Shown: positions 35,593-47,939 of the stretch, in pieces
Position numbering within the stretch: the stretch's first letter is position 1
How the letters are laid out: each line of letters begins with the position of its first letter
Position numbers and translations under genes: made by a program
NCBI RefSeq assembly: GCF_963921235.1
Contig: NC_086107.1
Span: 112,160,001 to 112,224,000 of the forward strand
Origin: Mobula hypostoma
Taxonomy: Eukaryota
Reading direction: 5' to 3'
Length of the DNA: 64,000 nucleotides
The notes under the pieces: model-generated
What the model was told of the DNA's origin: nothing
What the model saw: the letters and a program-made list of their open reading frames with translations, nothing else
Database searches by the model: none

Positions 35593-37753
35593 CAAATCTT
35601 AGTGAGATGATGGAGTTTAAGGAGAAGATTTCTAACTTTGAGTTCATGTGTAGCCGATACTGAAGTGTGGCGGTATTTGGGTATGTCAGGATTGGAGTCC
35701 GAGGGTTTGGGGTGGGAGGCTGATGAAGTGAGTTTGTGGGTTCAGGTTGAGAATTTTCAGTGTGGGGCTTTTAATGGACTGGGGATCTGTGTTCGTTAGC
35801 AAATGCTGTGAAGGAAGTTGGTTACCAGGGCAACATAAATCTGGACTTACACTTATGGCCAATGGAATGGAGATCAAGGTGGAACAAACTGATAATAAAA
35901 TATTTTAATTGCAAAATTAGATTAAAAGCAAAAATTGTATTATATTTATCAGCCATCCCATCCCATCGGGGTCTTTCCAGTACAGAACTCAAAAACTGCA
36001 GCTATTGTGCATTTCAATCAAATTCTTCCCTCTCTCCTGATCTGAGTAGGTCTTCACTGCTCTGTCCTTTTTCACTGTGTTGTATTGTATTTACAAAGTT
36101 AAAGAGCATAAAGAATTTGGGGTTGTCACCCGGACAAATAACAGCAGTGAGATGACCAACCTGGATCCAACTGAGAACGGACTGCCTCTGTACCTAGTGA
36201 CAATATGCGCTAAGGTGCTGTACACTAGTGTCTTGTATCATATTTTAGAATTGGGCGGCATAGGAAGAGGCTATTCAACCCATCACAACTGTGCTAGCTC
36301 TTTGAAGGACCATTACAGTTAATCCCAATCTCCCTGTTTTTTTCTTTGTAACCCCCCCAAAAAAATGATCCCTTTGAAGAATTTTTTCAAATTCTCATTG
36401 AAAGCTACTCTTTCTTCTGTACCTACTGTCCTTTTAGACAGTAAGTACGAAATCATAAAATGAGACCCTCGGCTGGTCAGGGTCAACCATGGAAGTTGCC
36501 TCCTAGCTGCCTGAGTGTCGGTACGCAAGCCAGGGCAGTACAATATGGAGAGCAAGCTGTTGTCCGTGCAGCTGATGAATCCAAGGGCAAGGCAGAGACC
36601 GATACAGTTTGTACCAGCAGCTTCACAGGAGTTTGCCAGTCAGCATTGAACTCAATGTAGGGCTGCCTTAAGGAGTCCAACTCTGGACCTTTTCCCTCAC
36701 TGTTTACTCCTGAAGCCTTCTCCATGAGTAGGTATAACCACAAGGCGGCAGAGGTTTGAGATCAGAGTTTTCCTTCTAGATGAGCTGCCATCTGGTGAGC
36801 CCCCTCTGCCCGAATCAACTGGTTTTAATATGCCAGTAACCCACCTTTGTCCCTTCTCCTGCCGGTAGAAACAATTCCGCTGGGCTTAGTAGCTAAGCCA
36901 CAAGTGAAAGCCTGGAGTTGGACTTGGTTGCCAGAGGCTATTTGAGACGTACGCCATTCAGAGCATTTAATAGGTAGTGGGAGCTTATCCCCATTATTAC
37001 CCTGGCTACGACCAAGATCACAAAAACCCTCCGTTCAAAAGCTGTACTAATTCTCGGACCTTTTGCAAATGGTCTTACACTTGTGACCCATTTGCTGACC
37101 TCCTGCCCATAGAAAGAGTTTTCTCCTTATTGACTCTCAAATGCTTTTAGAAATTCCTCCACATCTCAAAGGCACGAGGGTTGGTAGGTTGGTCACTGTG
37201 AATGGTCCCCGGTGTGTAGCTGAGTAGCAGAATCTGTGGAGAAGGAAAATAAGTGTGCGTAAATTTATTTAGAGATACAGCGCAGAGCAGGAGTTTCTGG
37301 CCCTTTGAGCCGCATTGCCCAGCAACCCCCGATTTAACCCTTGCCTAATCGCAGGGCAATCTACAATGACCACTTAGCCTACTAACCAGTACGTCTTTGG
37401 ATTGTGGGACGAAACCAGAGCACCCGGAAAAAACCCCCGCAATCTACATACATATTCCCTACAGGTTACATCGGAATTAAACTCCAAACTCCGATGCCCC
37501 GAACTATAATAGCATTGCGCTAACTGTGGCGCCCAAATGGGTGCTTAATAACTTAATGGTCATCATGCACCAAGTGCACCAAAGTGCCTGTTTCTGTGCT
37601 GAGTGGTTCTACAACATTTAAATTCTACTTTAACCTTTTCAGCTCGAAGGGAAGCTCCCCCCAGCCTCTCATTCCCTGGTAACATTCTGACAGACCTGTG
37701 TACCTTCCCTCTAAGCTGACGTCTGAAACGGTTTGTGTTGCTCTGTTTTGCAG

Positions 37754-37854
37754 GTTACGTGCAGGGAATGAGTGACCTCCTCTCTCCCATACTCTATGTG
37801 ACCCAGAATGAAGTCGATTCCTTCTGGTGTTTCACAGGCTTCATGGAGAAAGTG
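37754..37854 (+). CDS. TBC1D17: TBC1D17 exon 12 (GYVQGMSDLLSPILYVTQNEVDSFWCFTGFMEKV), glutamine finger YxQ
   Basis: gcag| and |gtgagt, 101 nt, phase 1-0. Confidence 0.96.
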
Positions 37855-38978
37855 GTGAGTCCCCTGGGGGCCAGGGATATCCATTCTGCGTGGACAAGAG
37901 CGGGGAAGGTGCAGCAGCTCTTGGCTGGGTACCCTTTCCTCTGTCAGCCTCTAAGAAGCAGGTAGAGGAGTGACTGTTGTCGTTCAGTTAAGCTCAACCC
38001 TTGCTGCATTTACAGGCCTCTTGTGTCATAGGTCTCATTGCATGAACATGCCTCTCCTCCTCCTCCTGTCATTTAATATCATCTGGCAGACCAACTACAA
38101 GGTGCATTACTGCCCCCAACTGGACTGTGCTTTGCTAATATCATCTTCCAAACATCAAAGTAAACTTTTTTTGTCAGAGTACATACACGCCCCCACATAC
38201 AACCCCCATGAATCTTTTTCCTGCATACCTAGCAAATCTATAGAACTGTAACTGTAAACGGGATCAATGAACAACAAACTGTATAAATGTAAATAAAAAT
38301 AAATAGCAATAAATATCGAGCATGAAATAACTAAAAATAAATAACAATAAATATCGAGCATGGAATAACAAGATAAAGATTCCTTAAAGTGAGCCCATCG
38401 GTTATGAGAACACCAGAAGTGGAATGAGTGTAGTTATCTCCCTTTGTTCGAGAGCCTGATGGTTGAGGGGTAGTAACTGTTCTTGAACGTGATGGTGCGA
38501 GTCCTGAGGCTCTTGTGCCTTCGACCTGATGAGAGCAGTGGGAAAAGAGCATGGCCTGGGTGGTGAGGATCTTTGATGATGGATGCTGCTTTCCTACGAC
38601 AGCATTTCATGTGGCTGTGCTCAATGGTCGGGAGGGCTGTTACCTGCGATGTACAGGGCCGAATCGACTACCTTCTATAGGATTTTCCACCCAAAGGCAT
38701 TGGTGCTCCCATGCCAGGCCGTGATACACAACATAAAACTGAATCCGGTGTCATTAAATGCTCCAGGAACTTATCGCACTGAACCAAGAGGATGTCTTGT
38801 AATTTCTGAGCCAGCATGAAAACAGCAGCAATGACTGGATAAATCTGTCCTCTCCAGCCTATAGAAGGCCCGGACCAATAATTGCAATTACTTCCGGGAG
38901 CATGGTGCACATCCAAGTATTATTCTCTAAACTTAGCAGCCTGTTTAAACAGCCTGTCACTCCCTCACTGGTGCCCAT

Positions 38979-39303
38979 CAACGTCCCCTCTAATTTGTAA
39001 TGACCAGTGTGTGCAAACATCTTGTGTTGAGCAATCTTTTGCCCAGTGAAGCAACGTGTGCACACTGGATAATTTTTTCAATAAAAGCAGTATAAATAAG
39101 CCAATTCTAAAATCTGCAGACAAATCACCGCAAATTGCACGTTGTCAACACCGTCCACGTCAGAAACCGAAGAAGGAAATGTGATTGTGTACGATCGTGA
39201 AATATACTTAACAGCTGCCAACGAGGTAGAAGGCGACAACCTTTTGTGCGCAAGTAGCAAAAGATGAGTGTGCACACAGGTACACACCTTAGAGGGAGTG
39301 TTG
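38979..39303. mobile_element. hAT-type MITE (325 bp)
   Basis: TIRs CAACGTCCCCTCTAA/TTAGAGGGAGTGTTG. Degenerate 8-bp TSD gtgcccat/gtgttcat. Confidence 0.7.
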
Positions 39304-39751
39304 GTGTTCATTTCAAACCAGCCGATGGGGTTTCTTTCAGTTGCCACACCTCTCCCTTCTTTTCCACCTTCAGCCTTCTCTAGTCGGCTGTCAGTCTTCC
39401 CAAAATCATTCGTTCTTGGTCTCCATCTGAAGTCCCACACGCTTCTCCTGACTGAAGAGCACCTTGTATATCTGCGCGTTACATAGCTCATCTCTCAGTC
39501 AGAGAAACAAAGACCAGTAATCAGAGTCATTTCACCCTGACAGGTTGTCTGTCCTCTCTTCCTTTTGTCACTTAGCAGATATCAATTGCTCGTTAAGGGT
39601 AAATACAAAATAATCTGTAGATGCTGTGATCAAAGCAACACTTTCAGTACGCTGGATGAACTCAGCAGGTCGGGCAGCATCAGTTAGAAACGTTAAGAGT
39701 AATACTGATCATAGGACTTAGGATGTGAACTGCAATACTCAGTTGGTAGTA

Positions 39752-40658
39752 CAGAGGATTCCGGTTAATTGGGACACATCAGGACCAGTACATTTTGCCC
39801 CAATTATAATTGTCCTGCCATGCAGCATCCACCCTGCCTAAACACGCCTGGGCAAGATAGAAACATTTTCAGCTTACGTGGTGGGCATCATTTTAATTGA
39901 CGAATTATGAATTGAAATAATGAATATAGGCAAATTCAAAAAGGATGGTGCATGATAGGGAAATTTCATGGTGATTTTCATGATTGGCAGCCCAAAATCC
40001 ACAAGATACACCCGAAGGTATTCAGGAAGCAAAGTCTTTGTTGTCTGGTGTTTGCTGAAGTTTCATGGAAATAATTAAAAATGTATTTTTTAAAAAAAGA
40101 TAAACAGTAATAAATATGTATTTAAGCAAAATAAGAAGAGATTAGAACATTACCAATAAAATCATGTAATAGTTCCCTATATTTATCATGAGAGAAATTC
40201 ATCCAGTGTATGCTGAACAAAATCAGTGTAGACACCTAGCGTAGATAATGGACTGCCTTCATACAATGCTGTTGATGATTGCATCCTCCAAATCTTCATT
40301 TTCATTGCAACATTCAAAATGATTGTCGATACCTTCAAATTCTTCATAGTGTTTAACTTGTTGAAGTAGTGAAATCGTTTCATTTTCACTACCAGCCGTT
40401 TCCAGCATCTCCAAGCCTGAATGCTTGAAACCGCAGTGAGCAAAATCGTTCTGAACACCAACTATCCTACATTTTGAACGCAAACACATACAGCTGACAC
40501 TATTTAAAAACTGTTCATTCTAAGCATGGTCAAGCATCTAACAGCCACACAAGCGCACAAACTGATGCACGATAGAATCTTCCCCAATTGATCAGCATGA
40601 TGTCCCAAATAAGCGGCTGTCCCAATCAACCGATGGCCCAATTAACTGGAATCCACTG
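39752..40658. mobile_element. Tigger/pogo-like non-autonomous element, second copy
   Basis: Same TIRs and internal sequence as 5271-6136, plus an extra ~240-bp segment near the left end. Confidence 0.8.
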
Positions 40659-42057
40659 CATTTGACAAGCTGCTGTGGTTGGTTTGTGACGCTTTAGGTA
40701 GCTGACAGGTATCATATGATTTTCCAAAGTCAGTAAATGTTGTGGAATATTTCAGCCAATCTTAAATTGTGAAGGAACTTTGTCTACATATTTATTAATT
40801 TGTTATTTTAGTGATTCAGAATCAGGTTTAATATCACTGCATATGTCATGAAAGTTGTTAACTTAGCAGCAATATAGTACAGTACATGATAAATAGTAAA
40901 AAAGAATTACAGTAAGTATGTATGTATATTAAATAGTTAAATTAAAAATAGTAGTGCTAAAACAGAAATAAAAAAAAGGAAGTAATAAGGTAGTGTCCAT
41001 GGGTTCAATGTCCACTCAGAAATCTGATGGCAGAGGGGAAGAAGTTGTTTCTGAATCACTGAGTGTGTGCCTTCTGGCTTCTGCACCTCCTTCCCGATGG
41101 TAACAATGAAAAGAGGGCATGTCCTGTGTGAAGAGGGTCCTTTAATAATGGACGTTGCCTTTCTGAGACACCGCTCCTTGAAGGTGTCTTGGATGCTACA
41201 GAGTACCCAAGATGGAGCTGACTAACTCTACAACTTTCTGGAGCTTCTTTCAATCCTGTGCAGTAGCCTTCCCTCCATTATCAGACAATGATTCAGCCAG
41301 TCAGAATGCTCTTCTTGGTACATTTGTAGAAATTTGCAACTGTCTTAGGTGACGAACCAGATTTGCTCAAACTTCCGTCTTGCCTTCATTATGGCTGCAG
41401 CAGTATGTTGGGAGCAGGATAAATCCTCAGAGATATTGACAGGAAGTTGAGATTCCTCACTCTCTGCACTTCCGATCCCTCTATGAGGAAGGGTGTGAGT
41501 TCCCTCGTCTTGCCCTTTCTGAAGTCCACAATCAGCTCTTTGATCTTGCTGATGTTGAGTGCAAGGTTGAAGTGCAGTATAATCGTGTATCTTTGTACCG
41601 TGCTGCTGCCACAAATTTCACATCATGTAAGTCAGTTATAAAGAGATGCCTCAAAAAGGCAATATACATTATTAAGGACTCCCATCAACCATTACATGCC
41701 CTCTTCTCATTGCTACCATCAGGGAGAAGGTACAGGAGCCTGAGGAGACACACTCAATGTTTTAGGAACAGTTTCTTCCCTTCTGCCATCAGATTTCTGA
41801 ATGGACATTGAAACTATGTACACTACCTCCCTATTTTTTGCCATATTCAGTTAATTTCTTTTTTATATATACTCACTGTAGTTTATAGTTTTCATTATTA
41901 CGCATTGCATTGTACTGCTGCCACAAAACAACAAATTTCACAGCACATGCCAGTGATATTAAACCTGATTCTGACCTTTGACGGTGAGAAACTGCTTCTG
42001 ACGGAAAGGTTGTGCAAGCCCTGCTCATGAAAGTCTGTCTCGTGCCGTTGTTCACAG

Positions 42058-42157
42058 CACCGGAATTTTGAGGAAAGCCAGGAGAGCATGAAGGAACAGC
42101 TGGAAAAGTTGGCCCTGCTGCTGAGGGTGCTGGACTCTGCACTCTGCGACTTCCTAG
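42058..42157 (+). CDS. TBC1D17: TBC1D17 exon 13 (HRNFEESQESMKEQLEKLALLLRVLDSALCDFL)
   Basis: acag| and |gtcagt, 100 nt, phase 0-1. Confidence 0.95.
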
Positions 42158-44082
42158 GTCAGTGATGCATTCCAGCATGTGTACAGTCCTTGAAAAACTA
42201 TTCATCCCCCAACCTTTTGTTCACAGGTACTTTTGAGTTTTTCAATTTAACTGAAAATGCTTATTTGTGAATCACACCTTTTTTTCACAGTAGTGCCCAA
42301 AAACAGGGGAAATTGTAAAGCGTGAAAAACTAAGAATTCAAATTATTCACCTTCCCCCATTTTCAACCTGACCATTTACCTTGACTCCATGTTGATTGTC
42401 ACTTGCTGCCCATGCTCTTGATGTTACTTTAGTACATAGAACATTGAACAGTACAACACAGTATAGAGTCATAGAAAACTACAACAGAGAAACAGGCCCT
42501 TTGGCCCGTCTAGTCCATGCTGAACCATTTAAACTCCCATAGACCTGCAACTGGGACCATAGCCCTCCATACCCCTACCATCTGTGTACCTATCCAAACT
42601 TCTCTTAAACGTTGAAATGAAGACTAGATTAGATTATGAGGGCACTCAGTCCTCGTTTATTGTCATTTAGAAATCCATGCATTAAAAATGATACGTTCAT
42701 TTTTTAATGAACGTATTAAAAATACGTTCCTCCAGAATGATATCACGAGAACACAGGACAAACCAAGACTAAAACTGACAAAACCACATAATTATAACAT
42801 ATAGTTTCAACAGTGCAAAGCAATACCACTTGTGCTGGCATGCTCCCATGACCCTCTGAGTGAAGAAGTTCCCCCTCATGTGTCCGTTAAATCTTGCTCA
42901 CCTTTCACACTTAGCCCATGACCCCTGGTTGTAGTTCCACTTAACCTCAGTGGAAAAAGCCTGCTTGCATTTACCCTATCTGTACCCCTCATAGTTTTGT
43001 CTCATAATATTGCTTGCATAAGGTGCTGGAGATGCATAATAACTATGACGTCATCTACTTGCCTAACAACCTTCAAACAGGAAACTGTTAAAATTAAATC
43101 ATCTATTGAGAAATATTATTTAATTTTAACTGTTTACGTACGTGTGTGTGTGCATGCGTGCGCCAATGGCCCTTATCTGTGATAGACTGGCTTCCATGGT
43201 TTTTCTCTGGATGCTACTGATCACAAAACTGAGTGAGTTGGTAGGTTGATTGACTGCGGAAAATTGCCCCTAGTGTGTAAACGAGTGTTAGAAGGTGGGA
43301 TAAATTTATGGGATTGTTGGGAGAGTGAAAATATCTGATTTAATGTAGGATTTGGTATAAATGGGTGGTTACTGATCAGCGTTGACTTTGTAGGTCAAAA
43401 GTCATGTTTCCATGCTGTGTGACACTGAGGTCTCTCGTTACCACCATCACCCTCCTCTATAAAACACTACCACCACTTCTACACAGCCCACCACAGACAC
43501 GCACACGTACACACACACACACACACACACACACATTTTAATTTCCTGGTTTGCAGGTGCAGGAGGACGTGTGTAGAGATGCATGCAATTGCACCACCTA
43601 CACACGCTTCTAATCTCTTGTCTTACACGTGGTATAAACAGAGCAGGTGGTTCTTTTCGCTGGCGGCTGTCAATTGAAAGCTATCAATTAGGCTGACTCC
43701 ATCCAGTTCAGTGCGGGGGGGGGGCGATAGTGTCTGAATGTTGTAACATTGGCAGTTGCTGCTATTTTCCATACCCTCTGTCTCCCAGAGGCTCTAAGAA
43801 AGACAGCTCAAGCTGTATTCTGAAGGCAGTTCCTGTGCATCTGGACAAGGTTTGAGACAGATTGGGGCGCTTGGATGGTTACTGAGAGTCACTGCACATG
43901 GCGAGTGTGGATATGAATGAGAGATTGCACGGTTGCTTAGAACTTCTGGAACTAATGCGGCAATGGAACCCCATCACAACTTCTGTTTAATTTTAAAGAT
44001 ACCTTGTTATTCCAAGTTCTAATCCACAGTAATAACACTAGAAACTGCCAGCAAGGCTAGTTTTCCAGATGTCTTCTTCTTG

Positions 44083-44544
44083 AGGACCACAGTTGAGGGT
44101 TCGTTACCCGTGGGAGTGGGAGGGGTCAGGCAGGGGGAGTATGCTCCTCAGCAGCGGTGTGAATAGATGAATCAACATGGTGCCACAGGAGTGGCTGGAA
44201 ATGTGGAAGGGTATAGACCATAAAGGAACTTCGGCAAAGGAATGAGAGTCAACGCCTGGTTTTTAATTGTAAATAGTTTTATTGTAAATCGGTTTTATTC
44301 TTGACTAAGGTTTGAGAGTCAACGAATGATTTATTGTAAACATCTTTGTTTTGAATAAGGACTGAGAGCCAACGCATGATTTATTGTAAATAACTTTACT
44401 TATTGAATAAGGACGCAGAGTCAATGCATGATTTATTGTAAATAACTTTATTTATTGAATAAGGACGCAGAGTCAACGAATGTTTTTTTGTAAATAACTT
44501 TATTTTGCAATATTTCTGAATAAAGTATATTTTTGAGAAAAAAA
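44083..44544 (+). mobile_element. Poly(A) retrotransposon 3' end (L1/Tx1-like) with internal ~42-bp tandem repeats
   Basis: Perfect 16-bp TSD agatgtcttcttcttg (44067-44082 and 44545-44560). AATAAA at 44519-44524 and an A-tail. Confidence 0.8.
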
Positions 44545-45954
44545 AGATGTCTTCTTCTTGGCCCCAATCTCCCAGTAGAGCTTAGGCTGCCAATGACCGC
44601 CCATCTCCATCATCCTCTGTCCTGACTTGTCTCTCTCTGTTATTTGTAATGTGGACTGAGTGAAACTAAATACTCTACTGTAAATTGCGAGACAGCTTTG
44701 CTCCATCCGCCACAAAAAGCGGGATTTCACCGAGACCACCCATTTCAATTCTACTTCTCATTCCCGTTCCGACGTGTCAGTCCACAGCCTCCTCTACTGC
44801 CAGAGTGAGGCCAGACTCAGGTTGGAGGAGCAACACCTCATATTCCATCTGGTGCCCCCTCCTTCACCATTTCCCATTCCCATTTCCCTCTCTCACCAAA
44901 ACACCTCCCTCCAGTGCTCCTCCCCCTTCCCTTTCTTCCATGGTCCTCTGTCCTCTCCTATCAGGTTCCCCCTTCTCCAGCCCGTTATCTCTTCTGCCAG
45001 TCATCCCCAGCTCTTCACTTAGCCGTTCCCCCTCTCCTGATTTCACCCATCATCTTCCTCCTCTGTTTCCCCCCACCTCCTTACTCTGACTCTGAAATCT
45101 CCTTTTCCTTTCCAGTCCAGACTGTTTGTTCTCCTCCATAGATGCTGCCTGGCCTGCTGAGCTCCTCCAGCATTTTGTGTGTGTTCCAATGTTGATTCCT
45201 TGATATCAGTGCATACTATCTGCTTTGATTAATACATTGTTTTCATTTGGCGATAATATGCCATTCATCGGACAAAAAAAAATTCTCAGGCCTCTTGTCA
45301 CATTTACTACAATGAGCATATTAATGACGGTGGAATTTTTTTGTGTTCTGCCAATCCTGTGCTTATTATTTTAAGGGCTTTTTACCCTTGATTTATCTAG
45401 TTTGGTTATAGTACCTTTTGTAGGGGTTTAATTTCTTTTTAAGGGGTTGATTGGGGCGATTGATTTAATTGCCTTTTAGTTGGGGAAAGGGATTCCTTCC
45501 ACCTTGTGTTTGGATGGCTAGGGTGTGCCTACACTGCCCTCTAGTAGCGAGCTGTTCCTACTACACTTGCTTAGCAGCTTCAAAGAGATGGCTTTATTTG
45601 TCACAAGAATGTTGAAACATCGCAACGTTGTGTGAAATATGCCGTTTTGCGTCAACGACCAACACAGTTTGTGCTGGGGGCAGCCCGCAAGTGTCCGCTG
45701 CCAACATAGCCTGCCTGCAAGTCACAAACCCTAACCCGTACGTCTTGTGGGAGGAAGCTGGAGCACCGGGAGGAAGTCCGTGGAGTCACAGGGAGAAAGT
45801 GCAAACTTCTTCCAGACAGGGTTGAGAATAGAACCCCAGTCAGCGATCACAGGTGCTGTAAAGCGATTATGCTACCCACTACGCTACCGTGATGCCGTCT
45901 ACACTTCTGTGCCGTCCTCTATGCAACCGTTCCAATGACTCTTTCTTTCCCCAG

Positions 45955-46052
45955 ATTCCAGAGAGTCGGGTAACCTCTGCTTCTGTTTCCGCTGGCTTCT
46001 CATCTGGTTTAAAAGGGAGTTTTCCTTTCCAGATATACTGCGCCTTTGGGAG
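45955..46052 (+). CDS. TBC1D17: TBC1D17 exon 14 (DSRESGNLCFCFRWLLIWFKREFSFPDILRLWE)
   Basis: ccag| and |gtatgg, 98 nt, phase 1-0. Confidence 0.96.
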
Positions 46053-46136
46053 GTATGGACTTTGATTCAATGGTGATATGCTGTGTTGGTGCCTACGTTA
46101 TCTAGACACCCAATTTATGCAGTTCCAATTTTTATT

Positions 46137-47205
46137 CATAGTCATAGTCATACTTTATTAATCCCGGGGGAAATTGGTTTTCATTACAGTTGCTCCATAA
46201 ATAATAACTAGTAATAGAACCATAAATAGTTAAATAGTAATATGTAAATTATGCCAGCAAATTATGAAATAAGTCCAGGACCAGTCTATTGGCTCAGGGT
46301 GTCTGACCCTCCAAGGGAGGAGTTGTAAAGTTTGATGGCCACAGGTAGGAATGACTTCCTATGACGCTCAGTGCTGCATCTCCGTGGGATGAGTCTCTGG
46401 CTGAATGTACTCCTGTGCCGAACTAGTACATTATGTAGTGGGTGGGAGACATTGTCCAAGATGGCATGCAACTTGGACAGCATCCTCTTTTCAGACACCA
46501 CCATGAGAGAGTCCAGTTCCATCCCCACAACATCACTGGCCTTACGAATGAGTTTGTTGATTCTGTTGGTGTCTGCTACCCGCAACCTGCTGCCCCAGCA
46601 CACAACAGCAAACATGATAGCACTGGCCACCACAGTCTCGTAGAACATCCTCAGAATCGTCCGGCAGATGTTAAAGGACTTCAGTCTCCTCAGGAAATAG
46701 AGACAGCTCTGGCCCTTCTTGTAGACAGCCTCAGTGTTCTTTGACCAGTCCAGTTTATTGTCAATTCGTATCCCCAGGTATTTGTAATCCTCCACCATGT
46801 CCACACTGACCCCCTGGATGGAAACAGGGGTCCCCAGTACCTTAGCTCTCCTCAGGTCTACCACCAGCTCCTTAGTCTTTTTCACATGAAGCTGCAGATA
46901 ATTCTGCTCACAGCATGTGACAAAGTTTCCTACCGTAGCCCTGTACTCAACCTCATCTCCCTTGCTGATGCATCCAACTATGGCAGAGTCATCAGAAAAC
47001 TTATGAAGATGACAAGACTCTGTGCAGTAGTTGAAGTCCGAGGTGTAAATGGTGAAGAGAAAGGGAGACAAGACAGTCCCCTGTGGAGCCCCAGTGCTGC
47101 TGATCACTCTGTCGGACACACAGTGTTGCAAGCACACGTACTGTGGTCTGCCAGTCAGGTAATCAAGAATCCATGACACCAGGAAAGCATCCACCTGCAT
47201 CGCTG
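46137..47205 (-). mobile_element. Young Rex1/Babar LINE, 5'-truncated, RT C-terminal half uninterrupted
   Basis: Open frame of about 305 codons (WILDYLTGRPQYV…TGAPQGTVLSPFLFTIYTSDF…KFSDDSAIVG…). (ACTATG)n tail. Confidence 0.93.
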
Positions 47206-47541
47206 CATTCTTTGTAACACTTTCCTTGAGTAAAGTAAATATTGAATGCAATGACTCAAACAATTAAAAATTAGTTTTATTTTGGGCTACCTCGTCACAG
47301 GATGAGAACAGTTAACAGTGCAACAGGAAGCCATTCTGTCCGTCGAGTCAGTACTAGCTGCATGTACGAGCATACTTTGCCTTGTCACTCTGTTAACATT
47401 GCGCTGAGTATACGCACTTCATTGTCTACCGTGGCATATTCTCACAGTGGGTCCTAAACTGAGCTGATGTGTGCAGGTTGGTTTTATGGTGCCTTTCCCG
47501 CCTTGTACGTAGAGTATTCCATTTCTTCATTTCTTCAGTAA

Positions 47542-47939
47542 TGCAGATATGTAAATGTGTATATATTGTCTGTATACTGTATTTAAGGTAGATGCTTCTG
47601 TTTTGGAATACAATTGTAACTACTTTGTGGGATGCATTATGTTCTGATTCATGTGTAGTCTTAAGTTAACTTTGTGTGTAATTAAAGATGCTATGTCCTG
47701 GTGCCTAATTATCAGGGCTCATCGCTCTCAGAGGGAGAGAGTGAGATCGGGGCTGCCAGGAGTTCACACCGTACAAAAGTATGGAGCTGTTATTATGTTT
47801 TCTGGTAGATATCTTTTTGTAAATATTCGCACTTTTCTTTTGTAAGTTTGATTTTTGACGCACCAAATAAACACCCTCGCACTTAAGTGCTGAGCAACTC
47901 CAACCATTCTTCCTTTGGTCGTATTCCACATATCTAACA
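47542..47939 (+). mobile_element. Possible solo LTR
   Basis: Inverted ends TGCAGATATGT…ACATATCTAACA and AATAAA at 47866-47871. No TSD found. Confidence 0.45.

Noticed and set aside
34649..35663. Long ORFs of 218-317 aa rich in THTH or CVCV
   Set aside because: They are read-through of the (CA)n compound repeat. Only 34716-34832 is real coding sequence.
46286..47263. 325-aa ORF as a host or domesticated gene
   Set aside because: It is a 5'-truncated Rex1/Babar RT. The N-terminal ~20 residues come from flanking DNA, and near-identical copies exist elsewhere in the window.
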